Assembly (NCBI GenBank): GCA_043228905.1
Contig: JBHGNT010000013.1
Span: 558,001 to 622,000, forward strand
Source of the DNA: Azolla caroliniana
Taxonomy: Eukaryota > Plantae > Polypodiophyta
DNA: 64,000 bases
Direction: 5' to 3'
A program made the translations under genes and the position numbers. The notes under the pieces were generated by a model. The model had not been told where the DNA came from. It ran no database searches and saw only the letters and a program-made list of their open reading frames with translations. Positions 47,818 to 61,496 of this stretch are shown piece by piece (positions within the stretch are counted from its first letter, which is position 1; every line of letters begins with the position of its first letter).

Positions 47818-50800
47818 ATGGGTTTACAGCTCATGCCCTCATGCCCTCATGCTCTCTCAGCTTGTAAGCTAAGCTTTATCATGGTAATTACATACATGAT
47901 ATTAGTATGTAGCAAATATGTTGCCGCTAGTGGCGATTTCTTGATCGGAATAGGGAGCTATGATATCACAGGGCCTGCCGCTGATGTGAATTTCATGGGA
48001 TATGCAAGTCCTTCCCAAAATGGCGCAGGAATTCACTTCCGATTGAGAGCAAGAACTTTCGTGGTTGCATCTCGTGATGACAACCGAACCCGATTTGCAT
48101 TCGTAAATGTCGATGCTTGTATGGGCTCGGACCTTGTCACTCTCAAAGTGTTAGAGAGCTTGAAGAACAGGTTTCTTTCTCTGATTCCACAGCATGAGAT
48201 AAGAGGAGATCGTGTGAATTGGATATCTACGTTCTGTTATATCTACACAATTACTATAAGAAAAAAGAGCACATGCATTGGATATACTTGACGTTTCAGT
48301 AGATGATGTTGATTTTAAGCAATTAGCGTGCTCTAAATATAGGTTATGCCCCAATTGCTTTATAAAGAGGGGGAGAGCAGATGAATTTCATGTGTATATT
48401 GTATATAATCTACATATTAAGTAGACGATGGTTTTAAGTGTTATGAGAGCTTGAAAACAGACTGCGTCCCACTTAAATAAGAAGAGGGCTCATGAAATTG
48501 CATATATATATTCATATTTATCGACGTAATCACTATACGACAATTTCTGGAAATGCTCATGGACAGCTTCTCATTAATAGCAATCTCATTTATTCGGGAA
48601 AATTACCTGACATGCAGGAATGCTGGTGTGGGGGGGGGGGGGGATCACATGATTTGGTTTTTGTTATTACTTATCCACACATTTAACTGACTGTGATTTT
48701 TTTAAGAAATGTTCATGACCTCAATATTCATAGTGTTTTCATGTATTTGGGGATCATATCTCACACAGAATGGTGATATGTCATCAGATATGGAGATCTC
48801 TACACAGTGGAAAACGTGGCTATTAGTGGAATACATACCCATTCAGGACCGGGGGGATACTTGCAGTATGTCTTGTATATAATCACATCCTTGGGATTTG
48901 TTCGTCAGTCATTTGATGCTCTTGTCAGTGGTATTGTGCTCAGTGTTGTGCAAGCCCATGAAAATTTACAGGGCGGGTCTGTCTATGTGAACACAGGTTA
49001 GTGAATGGTTAGCTGAATATTACTTTTTATTCATTCTAGGAGTTCTTAAACTTGTGATTCTCTTCCATTGCATGTGTTACCAATAGATAGTAATATGTAA
49101 AGGTACCAATTTATTTATTTGTTTGGAAGAAAGGTTGTTTAGGTGCATGATATTGAGGGGTGGAACATGGGGGCTGAAAGACAATACAAATCACAAACCT
49201 GAGCACAAGAATACAAATAACAAGAATAGATCATTGTTGCCAAGAGTCACACGTTGTATCTTATCATGACTGTTACATTTTCTATATAGTACAGAGTTAG
49301 CATGCCGGATTTTTGAGTTTCACATGTGGGAAGACAAACTTTGCACCATCCCTGAAGCCAATATCTTTTGTCTTTGGATAATTTAATTGCTAATTTTCTC
49401 ACGGTATTTGCAGTGTTTGTCTGACATCGAAATTGTGCAGTTATGCCTTTTTTGTGGTTTTTGAATTTCAGTTAAAACTTAATCCAAGTGATGAAGCCTA
49501 CTTGATAGGTGAACTGCTGTCTGCAAATATAAATCGAAGTCCGAGTGCTTACCTCAACAATCCATTGGATGAGCGATCGCGGTACCCATATGACACAGAT
49601 AAAGAGATGACATTGCTGAAGTTCATCAATGATGAAGGTGCACTTGGATCCTTCAATTGGTTTGCTACTCATGGGACATCGATGGGCAGGACAAATCAGC
49701 TGATTAGTGGTGATAACAAAGGTGCTGCAGCACGTCTTATGGAGGATTCATATAATAAGAAATTTGAAAATCAGGCTTCAAAAGATGGCAATAGTTTCCG
49801 GAGCATCAAGAAAGGTATAGTCTTTGAAAGCCTGATTCACTCACCTTGCTATATAGTTAGTATAAGATATATCAGAGTGAAGTCTTTAACTTCCTATTTT
49901 CCGTGTAGGTGAAGAAAAAGATGCATTCTTGCATGCATTGGATCTTCATGGAAAGGTGAATCTACGGATCAGAAATCAGATTTCTGATATTAGTAAACGT
50001 CCGTTCGTGGCCGCCTTTTGCCAATCAAACGTTGGTGATACTAGTCCAAATGTCCTGGGAGCTTATTGCCTTGATACAGGTTCACCTTGCAATTTTGATC
50101 ATAGCACATGTAATGGTCAAAACAAGCTTTGCATAGGCAGAGGGCCTGGGTAAGTCACATGTTGTTTTTTTCTCTTTTTTCATTCTATTTTACCACTGCC
50201 CCCCAGAAACGTTTTGTCTAGTAACATGAGAATCCATACAACTTTCAGCTTTCCCGATGACTTCGCAAGCACAAAGGTAATAGCTGATAGGCAATTTGAA
50301 AAGGCATCATCTCTTTTCAATTCTGCAACAGACAAACTCGTCGGGAAGATTGACTATCGTCATACATATGTCGATTTCTCTAATATTAGTGTCATATTAC
50401 ATAGTGGATCATATGAAGGTACGGTAGGAAATGTGGTGAAAACATGCCCAGCTGCTGTAGGGTTCAGCTTTGCTGCTGGAACAACAGATGGTCCAGGAGC
50501 ATTCAGCTTCAAGCAGGGAGATAACCAAGTAAGTTTTTTTTTCAACTTCCTTATTTGAAATAGAAAACTAAGCTGAAAACATTTCCATTTTTAATAATTT
50601 CTTGTATGTGGGAAATACATTTAGAAACTTGTTGAATCCATATGTTTTGGGAAGTGGATCAACTAATGAAAAACATTAATTTAAAACTCATTGTTACATG
50701 TAGGGAAACGTGTTTTGGAAGCTTGTTGGATCCTTATTGAAGCCACCAAGTCAAAACCAAATTGACTGTCAAAAGCCTAAGCCAATACTCATTGACGTTG

Positions 50801-53800
50801 GGGAGATTCATTTCCCGTATGCTTGGGCGGTAATCTTATCTCATCTTACTCCAAAGTACAGAGTCATATTTTCCAGAAAAGATCTCTAATCTCAGTAAAA
50901 TTATTTGACAGCCTGCTGTGCTTCCTTTGCAAATCCTACGTCTTGGGAATTTCATAATATTGTGTGTTCCTTCAGGTATCGTAGTCATCTTTGTGTTTCT
51001 CTCATTTTTATTATTATCTATGAGGCTAATTAACGTGTTTTGTTGAAGCGAAACTGTTGAGATTTAATTACTACACTACCACCAGGGGGACATGGGTTAT
51101 AATACACATATGGTTGTTATAATTATGGAAATTATTGGATAAGTATTGATTGGCTGATGTGAGTAGTAATGATGTTTATTTGGTGATTTAAATATGTAAT
51201 ATTGTAAATGATTGGGTCATGTAAGGGGTAAGTTGTAACATCCCATTAATCCTTTCTGGTGGCATCATAAGCAGGGAAAGTACTGCAAGATTTATTTCTA
51301 GTTGGGAGTTGTAACTGTCTGCTGAAGGCCATGATTGCCTTTGTAGAATATATGCGTATCTCTATATATTTTCTGAGAGTATATATTGGAAGCAATGTGT
51401 GAATTGAGATATAAAAAGGACAATAAATAAGGAATGAATCCTTGTTGGAGTTTTGATCTGTTCTTTTTGTTTTTCAGAGTTCACTACTATGGCAGGGAGA
51501 CGTCTGCGGGATTCTGTAAAAGCTACTCTAATTATGAAAGGAAATGGAGAATTCAACAATGTCACAGTTGTTATAGCAGGTCTAACTAATTCTTACTCAC
51601 AGTATGTCAGCACCTTTGAGGAATATCAAATCCAACGCTATGAGGTATTTCCATATTAGCCCTTCATCTTCCAACAGGGGCTTCATAAAGTGGTAATGAA
51701 GTCCAATATGTTTAGTACTTCAATGAATCTTGAGTTCTTCACTAAGTGTATCTCACTTTGGCTATTACTGTACAGTCAATTCTTCTCCTGTGTGAATCCC
51801 AAATCAATTAACAAAGCTTGAAGCCATATCATCTCTTCATTAGCTTCAGTCACTGCTACATATTATGGCTTTGTAGTGGATAAAACGGCAACCTTTTGCA
51901 TGTGCAGAACATCTAACTAACAACTGTAGTTCCAAAAGTGAAGATATATATATATATATACTAGTTGTGTTGCTTCAGTGATCGACTTCACTTCTGAGGT
52001 CTGCATTATGTAGCCTTGTACTTTTATTTTTCCTTTGCTGAAGTATGAACACTTCTCTATGATGCCTTTGTACTCAAAATCCATTGATTGCTTCCCAATG
52101 GGCTTTTCATGGATCTGATATACACCTACTAACTACTCCCACTACATGGCCAATACCTGGCCTTGTACAGGCAATTTCATCCATCCAACTTCCAATAGCT
52201 AAGGAATCTTTGCCATAAATTCTCTCTTTTCCTGTGTTTTGAGGGAACTGATCCTTAAAGTAGGCAAATGACTAGCCAAGAGCGTCAAGGAAATGAGCAC
52301 ACATATTTATACGAGGTTGAAGAGGGGCATTTGTACAAAGAAAGTTCTAGAGGTGCTCATGCTATTAACGGATTCTAGAAAGTTCCAGAGATATGCATGC
52401 TCTAGTGGATTCTAGAATATACAAGAACAATCGTATGATGCAATATGTGTTAGTGGATTCTAGAATATAAAATTATAATGAAAGGTGAATAGCCAAGTCA
52501 GGAAGGATTTGAGTTCAAATCCTGGCTGTGACATTATCCTCCCTCTAGGGCATGTTTCCCAAAGCAGCTGCTGGCTTTTGTGAGTGTGGTGGAAGTAGAC
52601 CGTATGGATGGTGAGCCACCTTGGAATTAACCTAGACATCACAAGTCTTGATGAATTCTTTGACAAATGTCCTAGGTCGCAGCCACCCATACTCTCGCGA
52701 GACCAATTCTACGGTTTTCACAACTTTGATATGGTCAACGAGTGTGTCGTGACATTCTTGCAAATTTGGGGTTTGGCAGGATCCTTTTGGGACATAGAGG
52801 ACATTATTCCTAAACACTAAGCCATCCTGGACTGTGAATTGATTGAGGTTCAACCTCTAAGCCCCCCTGGATGAGTTGTTGAGGCTAGCCTTGATCTCAT
52901 TTCCAAATTTATTGGTTGTTATTGCCACAACTATCATGTTGAGCAGAAAATCATCCTACAACATGCAAGTTGCAAATACTTGGACTTGATGGGGTTTAAG
53001 TAGTGTGATTGTGGTGTGTAAGTTTCGTCCCTTGGCTGAAGTTCAAAATTCCATTGTTCAGAAAGGGCATCGACCTTCCCATGTCGATCCTCAGGTTGAA
53101 AAATAATCTTGAAGTTGGAGTTGGAAAGAAAGTTCGATGACCTAGCCTGCCTCCAAGTCAAAGTTCGAGTTGTGGTGAAGTAGATTAGATTCTTATGGTC
53201 GGTCACCACCTGAACACGATGATTTGCTGCAGCGAAGTAGGGTCACCATTTATTGAAGGCGAAGGTGATAGTGGCGAGCTCTTTACCATAGACTAGGTGG
53301 TTGATTTCTGGGGCTGTGAATTTGCAGGATTAGTACGCCATTTGGTGCAGCATTCTGGCATCATCTGGTTGTAATAGGATGGCTCCAATAGTAACATTTA
53401 GAGGAATCAATTTCGACTTGGAAAGGCTTTGTTGGGTTGGGATGTAGCAGCACTTGGCATAGATGAAGGCTTATTTAAGCACCTCGGAAGTTGTCTAGGC
53501 AATTGAGGTCCAAACGAAATTGAGCAACTTATTAGGTAAGCGTGATTAGGGGTTGTGCAAGAGTGGAAAAACCCTTAATAAATCACGAAATTTGCGAAGC
53601 CAAGGAATGACTGACTACACATGCTTCAGCCATATTGGGACGGGCCACTCTTAGATTGTGGCTAACTTCCGTGCATCCATTCTAATTCTAGCAAGTGAGA
53701 TACGTAACTGAGGAACTCCATCAAGGTACAATCAAATTCACATTTCTCTCTCTTTGCATAAAGTCCATGTTCACAAAGTTTGGGTAGAACCAGCCAGACC

Positions 53801-56800
53801 TCTGGACGGTTTTCTTCCATGTTTGATGAGAAAATTAGAATATCATCAAAGTAGATAACATCAAATTGATCTCGATACTCTTGAAATATGTTGTTCATCA
53901 CATATTCGAAAATTATCAGAGCATTGGTGAGGCCAAATGGCATCACCTTGTATTCAAAATGGCCTTATCATGTTCTGAGCTACTTTTTCCATTTATCATC
54001 GGATTTATTATGCACTAGATTATAAGCTCCTGGATGGTCAAGATGAGTCATTTAAAACGATTAGTATTCTCGGTTCAATTTGATATTATAGAATAATAAA
54101 TAATACATAAGGCGTTCATAATTATTGGAAAAGAGCATAGACATGGTGTAGAAGTGTCTATTTTTAGAAACTCTATTTTTGGAAACTTTCAATCCTTGCA
54201 TATAGAGGGCCTGTATAAATCTTTAAAAGCTCTTATTGTATGTATGAGCTTATGACTTAGGTCAACTTTCAAATAAGTGGCAAAACCCCAACGAAACCAA
54301 GGCTAGAGCTTTTTCTTTCTGGTCTTTGGGGAGCGATGACTATTTCATCTATTAGTGGGAAACACTATTTCACTTTCTACATTATAAGTCTAAAGTGTTT
54401 GAGGCTTTTAGGACATGGAAAGCTATGGTTGAAAATGGGATAAGTCTAAAGATTAAAAGGCTTAGAAGAGACAGTGGTGGCAAATATGAAGACACTGAAT
54501 TCAAGTAGTTGTGCTATGAGCATGGGATCAAAATGGGGAGAACCATGCCGGATATACATCAATAGAATTGTGTAGTTAAGTATGAACCAAACGTTGACAA
54601 AAAAAGCCTGAAGCATTTGTATACAATCAAGTCTACCAAAGTAGTTTTGGGTAGAACAATCAGAACATTTGCTTACTTGGTCAATTGAGGCCCATTGGTT
54701 CCACTAGATCATAGAATACTAGAGGAGGTTGTTTTTGGTTGTGTACCATATGCTCATATCAAGGATCAAGGTAGGAATAAGTTTGATCCCAAATCTAAGA
54801 AATGCTTCACCGGCTATGGCAAGGATGAGTTTGGCTACCAAATTTGGGATGACAAAAAAAGGTTATCCGCAGTACAAATGGCTATGGCAAGGATGAGTTT
54901 GGCTACCAAATTTGGGATGACAAAAAAAGGTTATCCGCAGTACAAATGTGTTTTTCAACGAAAGGGTGATTTACAAGGGTGGGCATAAAATTGATGCCAA
55001 TAACTCAAATGCAAAATGGGCCAGTATTTGCAAATGCAAACGCTGTCCTAGATAGACCCGTGATAGAGCCGATTGTGGCAAGTCCTCAACTAGAAGAACT
55101 GGTTAGTTAGAGCAGAGCACAACAGTCCGACACGCTACAACCTCCTACTCAAGCTCATGTATTGAAAAGGTCTTCTCAACCTTATGTACCTAATAGGAGA
55201 TACACAAAACTATTTATTGGTGATTGGTATAGGGGAGCCTGGATACAATGATGAAGCTTGTTAGACTGGTGATGCTAGCAAGCGGGAGCTGGCCATGAAA
55301 AATGAAATGGAGTCCCTCATCTCCAACCAAACATGGGAACTAGCTAACTTTCCCGTGGGGAAGAAGGCATGTTATAACAAATGGGTGTGTCTAGTGAAAG
55401 ATGAGCATGATAATTCTAAGAGATACAAAGGCCAAGTAGTTAAATGATTCTAGCAAAAGGAAGGAATTGACTGCACCTATGTTTTTGCTCCTATTGTAAA
55501 GCTCAATACAATTAGACTAGTGTTGAGTATTGTTTCAGTTGAAGTTCTTTATCTTGTATAGTTAGAAACTTAGATGTGAAGACTACATTTCTTCACATAG
55601 ACTTTGATGAGGATATACATGCACCAGCCGTAAGGTTTCTCAAAAAGAGGGAAGGAAAACATGGTATGCAAACTTAAGAAGAGTTTGTAGGGCCTGAAAC
55701 AAGCCCCAAGATAGTGGTATAGAGAGTTTGATGGCTTCATGCACTAGAAAGGTTTCCAAAAGTGCAATGTCGACCACTACCGCTACTTTATGTCAACCAC
55801 TATAAGTCCAACTATATCGTTTTACTACTTTATGTCAATATGTTAGTAGTAGGTTCAAGTATGGACCATATTAGAAGGTTGAAGCAACAACTATCAACAG
55901 AGTTTGACATGAAAGCTTTGGGTCCAGCAAAGGAGATTCTTGGGATGCAAATCACAAGAGAAGCATAGAGGGATTTTGCAGTTATCTTAGTCAAAGTACA
56001 TCGATTGTGTTTTGATAAAATTTAGCATGGGACACTATTGGCAAGTCACTTTTGTTTATCCGAGGATCAATCCCCTCAGATAGAGGAAGAGAGAATTCAT
56101 GACTAAGGTCCCTTACATCTCAACCATTGGGAATTTAATGTATGTGATGGTACGTACGAGACCAGCCATTGGCTATGTAGCGGGGGTGGTTAATAGATTT
56201 ATATATGTGATGTACTTTGTTGAGATAATTGCAAATTCCCTGTTGCTTATCTCATGTGGTTTGCATTCCAAGGATCCCTTTTGCTGAACCCAATTCCTTA
56301 AATGTCAAAATCTCTTGATAATTGTTGCTTCAAGCTCCCAATTTATTTCATATGTGAACAAGCTAATAACACATTGTCAACATAAAGTAGTAGGGTAATA
56401 TACTAGATTGATATCTCTTGAAGTAGCAACAATGAGCATTGCACTTCAAGGAACCTTTCTTGTGCATGAAGCTGGCAAACTTTTTCCATGAAGAAATGCA
56501 GACTTCATATCCAATTGTTCAAAATAAGGCTCTTCATTGGCTACAATACTCAACATGGTCCTAATAGTATCAAGTTTCACAACTAGTGCAAAAATTCAAT
56601 TATTCGACTCCTTTTTGTTGGAATCCTTTGATAACTAGTATGTAACCTCCTCAAACCTCCACTCTTATAGCAAAGTGGCATCCCTTGTGATCCAACTAAG
56701 GGCTTGTACTTATATATAGGACCCTTAAGCTCATCCCTTGTGATCCAAGAGGACTTGCATTCAACTCCTTTGTGCTGGAATCCTTTGATAACTAGTATGT

Positions 56801-59374
56801 AACCTCCTCAAACCTCCACTCTTATAGTAAAGTGACATCCCTTGTGATCCCACTACGGGCTTGTACTAATACATAGGACTCTTAAGCTCATCCCTTGTGA
56901 TCCAAGAGGACTTGCATTTATTCGTAGGACTCTTACGGTTCTCCCAACTGAGGTTTCATTCACGTGCATATATGTTTTTCTTTGTATTTCTTTGAACCAT
57001 CATGCTCTGGTGTGCCCTTTTGTTGTGAAGTGTGTTCTTTCCCATGGATAACTCAACTAGTTCCTAAGTGTCATTGGAAATTAGAGACTTCATCTTGTGT
57101 TTCATGCTTCCTTGTACATTTTAGGCTCCCCTCCATCAGTCAGATATAGATGGTTTCCAACACATGACACGTTCTGTCCAAAGATGCTTCAATAGACCTG
57201 GAGGTTTACTCCAAGTGCATAATCTTCATCCCTTTCTCACTCATGTGGCATAAATCTTTAGTGCCACAGATTTGTAGTTTGATTGCCTGTTGCAACTGCT
57301 TTTGAGCCCTTGGTATCATGTGAAGGGTGTCGTTCTTCTCGCCTTGACCGATTGTTATTGCGCCTTTTGGAAATTTCCAATTGTTATCATGGAAGATTGC
57401 AGTGTAGCCTTTGCCAGCGAACTGCCTTCCTGAGATTAAGTTCTGAGGTTGGGAATATGACTGACATTCATGAGCTTCCAAACTAACCCATTCAACTTCA
57501 TCTTTACTATTCCAAGCTTTCCTGGAATATACTTCTCTAAGAATTCTTTTTGAGAAGTAACCCGAAGTAACCCCCCGGAATGGTGCACCAGATCAAACAC
57601 CCGAGATTCTTCCTTTATTTCCAAGAGAATATCAGTGCATAATTTTCATTGGAAGTGAAGGTAACATTTGACTCTGCCTTCTCCTCTTGGTTCCTCTGCA
57701 TTTTTGCAATGCCTGTTTTTCTCACAATCAACATGATGTTCTTTGAGGTATTGGAAGTATTTGTATTTGGATTCCAGATTTGGACCTGCCATTTGATCTA
57801 CCAGTGGTTTGATCTGCCATGCCTGTTCCTCTGGTTGAATTTCATGCCCTTGATTTTGTATGCAGCACCAAAGAGGTCAACGATTCACTTGCTTTTCTTT
57901 CTATGTTCAATCCCTCCACTGAGAACCAGATCACAAACATTGTCAAATTTCAGCTTATTGGTTCCCAATGAGCTACTCACAGCCATGACAGTAGCATTCC
58001 AACTCTCCAGTTGGTGAAGCCAAAAGAATTAATGCTTATACTTAATTCCAACTGAACTCAACTGGGTTGTGACAGTGTTGAGTTTATTGAGATGTTGAGC
58101 CACTGAAGCTCCTTTAGTCATCCACAAATTAAACAGTCAACCCATCAAATGGACTTTGTTTGAGACCGATGGCTAGCCATAAGACCATCGTGGTGTTTCC
58201 CTTTGCTATATAAAAAGTAACATTGTGCGATATCACTAATCAGATAACTCTGAGGTCTATTCTATCGAGAAGTTTCTAGTCTTCAGCTTTCACAGCATCT
58301 GGCTTTTTGTCTGAGAGAAGTTGATTAAGCTTTTCCTGGTATGGATGTCTTTAATCTGCATCCTCCAAAAGCCACACCATCAAACTTTTCAAATTTCAGC
58401 TTCCCTATTCATACTTGAATCTACTTTCTTTGGGTTGTTTTTGTCAATTCATGTGAACCAGTGTGCACTAGAACACCAATGTGGACAAACTGATGCTGCT
58501 GACCAGATATTGCTATTCACATGAATTGTAACTGCCCAAAGAAGACAAAACGCAAAGCTCTGATGCTAGTTGTTGATTAAAACTCAATTTCCCTTTTGTA
58601 TTCTTACTACTGTGGTTGATAGGAAATTGTGCCTTTATTTTGTATCAGACAAATCTCATGTATTTTAGTATCTTATAAACTAGCAAATAGAAGAGTAAAA
58701 GACACCTCCAGTTGGCCCTTATCTTCTTTCATTTTTGTGTTTTCAAATGTTGACCTTTGTGTTCCCCCCTTCTTTTGACAGAAACTGTGAATCTTGTGTG
58801 CTAACTTCTATCTTCTCAGGGTGCTTCAACTCTTTATGGACCTCATACATTAAGTGCTTACATTCAAGAATTCAATAAACTTGCAACATCTCTAGCAGAA
58901 GGTAAACCAGTGGATCCTGGAGTACAGCCTTCGGATCTTTTCCATGATCAACTGGAGCTTCTCCCTGGTGTGGTGTATGATAGCACACCACCCAATACAA
59001 GATTTGGTGATATTATAGAAGATGTTAAACTTGAAGTCTCTGCAAAAGCAGGAGATGTTGTAACTGCACGCTTCTGGTCTGCAAGTCCTCGCAATGATTT
59101 ATTCACTGAAGGCACATTTTCTCTTGTTGAGGCATTAGATGCAGAGAGTGGCTGGAAAGCTGCATTTGATGATGATGATCTTTGTCTAAAATTCTTGTGG
59201 AGCCGACCATCGAAGCTTAGTGCCTACAGTCAAGCCACAATACAATGGGAAATTCCAGAGAATGTTGTACCGGGTACTTACAGGTTACGGCATTTTGGTG
59301 CTGCAAAGAAGCCTTTCTTGATTGGGAAGCTTCATTACTTTGATGGTATTTCAAGTCCATTTGTTGTATCCTAG
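47818..59374 (+). CDS. NCER: Neutral/alkaline ceramidase, 9 exons, ~766 aa
   Basis: Exons 47818-48170, 48788-48996, 49509-49814, 49909-50149, 50249-50528, 50704-50829, 50912-50975, 51478-51644, 58820-59374 give one open frame. Motifs DITGPAADVNFMGY, IHTHSGP, NRSPSAY, ATHGTSM, GDTSPN, GTTDGPG, EFTTMAGRR, RYE|GASTLYGPHTL. Confidence 0.95.
52300..54040 (-). mobile_element. Degenerate Tcn1-like gypsy (RT-RH-INT zinc finger, PPT, LTR stub) in ceramidase intron 8
   Basis: MPFGLTNA...YFDDILIFS, TDHKNLIYFTTTRTLTWRQAR, CHD...TCDV. PPT AGAGGGAGGATAA (52546-52534), then TGTCAC at 52533. Left boundary approximate. Confidence 0.82.
54380..56200 (+). mobile_element. Degenerate copia INT-RT remnant in ceramidase intron 8
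   Basis: KSKVFEAFRTWKAMVEN, VFGCVPYAHI...KFDPKSKKC, DMKALGPAKEILGMQITR, YVMVRTRPAIGYVAGVVNRF. Confidence 0.8.
56200..58568 (-). mobile_element. Degenerate copia (gag to RT) in the opposite orientation, in ceramidase intron 8
   Basis: PBS-like TAGCATCAGAGC (58568-58557), gag GFWRMQIKD, LCHMSEKGMKIMH, RT LLLYVDN. Confidence 0.72.
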
Positions 59375-61496
59375 ATTGAAAATAAATTATGTACATCAAT
59401 CTAAAGCCCTGCTGCCTCTTGGCTTGTTAAAGCACAACCACCACTTGTTAAAGATCTCTGGCTGTTGGGTTGGTGATTTACATCATATAGCATCAAAGCA
59501 ATAAAATTGACTTCTATCATCACCATGGGATGGGGTTGGTCAAGGTCCATATATCACATTCATCTCCCATGGTCATTGATAGTATCTATTTTCAATGTCT
59601 CTGTTAAGCTCCAGGGTTTTCCAATTGTATGTAAATAGTTCTTCATTTTATCTTAGCACAGTTTTAATTCCATCCAAAAAATAAACAAAAATAGAGTTGA
59701 GAATCACATGTACACCACATTTATAATATCCAAGATTTTGATCAGTTTAAGATAAATAGAGAAATCTAATGATGACTCAACGCAATGTAATAGTTGAATA
59801 ATGAATTAGTACAATTTTTATGATTTATAATAGTTGAAGATGTCTCCCAAAACCATATATCAGCTGACACATCCATAACATGGTTCTATACTCTATGTCA
59901 CTGAATATAAGATTTCATGTGTAACGTGCTAAAAGAAAAGAAAAGAAATGTGATGAGCATCTTCTTGATCCTATCTGCTGACTCAATCGCTCAAACCAAA
60001 ATAATTGATTCCTGATGTTAGCTTGTGATACCACTAGAGCTGTGTACCTTAGAGACGGCTACATTTTTACAGCAACTATAATCAGGTTGAATTCACGCTA
60101 GGATAGGAGAAATGAGGGAAAATTTCAATCACAAGAGAGGTGGTAGAAACCTTACCACTGCCCTCCACTGGGGGTGGTGAAACCTTAGCATGAACAGGAC
60201 AAAATATATATACCTCTACGGTCTACCATAGCCCGGCGTAAAACTTTTATGTTAGGCTGCTGGAATGACAGAACGCGTCAAATATATACCTCTACCACAG
60301 CCAATAACCTTTCACTTGTATTTCAACTTTCCAAATTATAAGTACAGTCGTCATCAATGGAGATTGTAACAGGTGAAGAGTCAGATTTTTGGGCAATTAC
60401 ACCACCAAAATCAGCTATATCTGATCACGATACTTCAAAGTTAATAATTCCATGAAACTTTATTAGTGTAGAGATTAAGGTGTATTATTAATCACAATAG
60501 TGAATGCTTTCTTCTTTTGTGACCTGGTTCCTCATTTAAGTCTTGTTCTGTGGCATCCCTCCATCTTCTGTTTTAGTTCATCACTACACTGGATGTATCG
60601 ATCTTTTGGGACAGCAATCTCTCTTCATTTGGTATCCTTGTGTCTAGTACTTAGATATGTAAGCAACATCTTTCTCACAATAATCTCCTTCGCCTTCACA
60701 TCCTGGGAATATTAATCTTGACATCGATGTCTATGTACTTCCTACCTATTCAACATAGAAAATGAAAACTAGTGCAAGCTAAAAAGAACACATATTATTG
60801 GTGAGTATGCGAAACAATCACTAAAAATATACCACATATTCCAATGTTTCTTCTATGACTAAACCTCAACTGCAACGAATTAAACAAAGTTACAACCAAG
60901 CAAAGTATGCAATGCAAAGAAACTTCCAATTTGTTCGAAGTCATACCTAGTCAATTAAAGGCCCATATGTAGTATTGGAGATATGGCAGAGCTGAGGTCA
61001 AGCACACCAATGGCTTATTCTAAAGTGGTAAGTTAAGAAAATACAGATATCTGTCACAAACCTGAATGGAGGAGGATCACAGCATACATTTTCAAAACCT
61101 ATGTAAAATGATGCGTATTTATAAGTTCTTTGCTGATTTACATTTCAGTAGGCAATTGGTCAAACAATTGTATGGGCTACCAAATATGCTGCTTTCAGGC
61201 TCTTTTGATTTTACGAAGTCTTAATGTGAGCTGATTTCTTCATTATTCTCATACAGGAAATTGAAAACCCAGTTCAGTTATACTTTTAGATATGGCTGGA
61301 TTCTCTACTACTCCCATATAAGGAAAATTCCAAAACCAGCTTTCAGTTAGAAAAGATTTCCATACGAATGCTAGTGGCATTGATTATTCTTCACTCAAAA
61401 TGATTTACAATCCACAGCTTTTAAGAATGCAAATCACTCTATCGACAGATTTTAAGAATAATTTCATGAGCATCAGAATCTATTTCAACCACTTGA

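Noticed and set aside
34499-59374. PH1, putative amidase and ceramidase as a lipid-signalling gene cluster
   Set aside because: Adjacency only. The genes are separated by TE debris and there is no evidence of co-regulation or conserved synteny in the sequence.
60021-60300. Reverse PBS-like GCTTGTGATACCA and LTR-like sequence
   Set aside because: Degenerate match with no associated coding remnant or second LTR.
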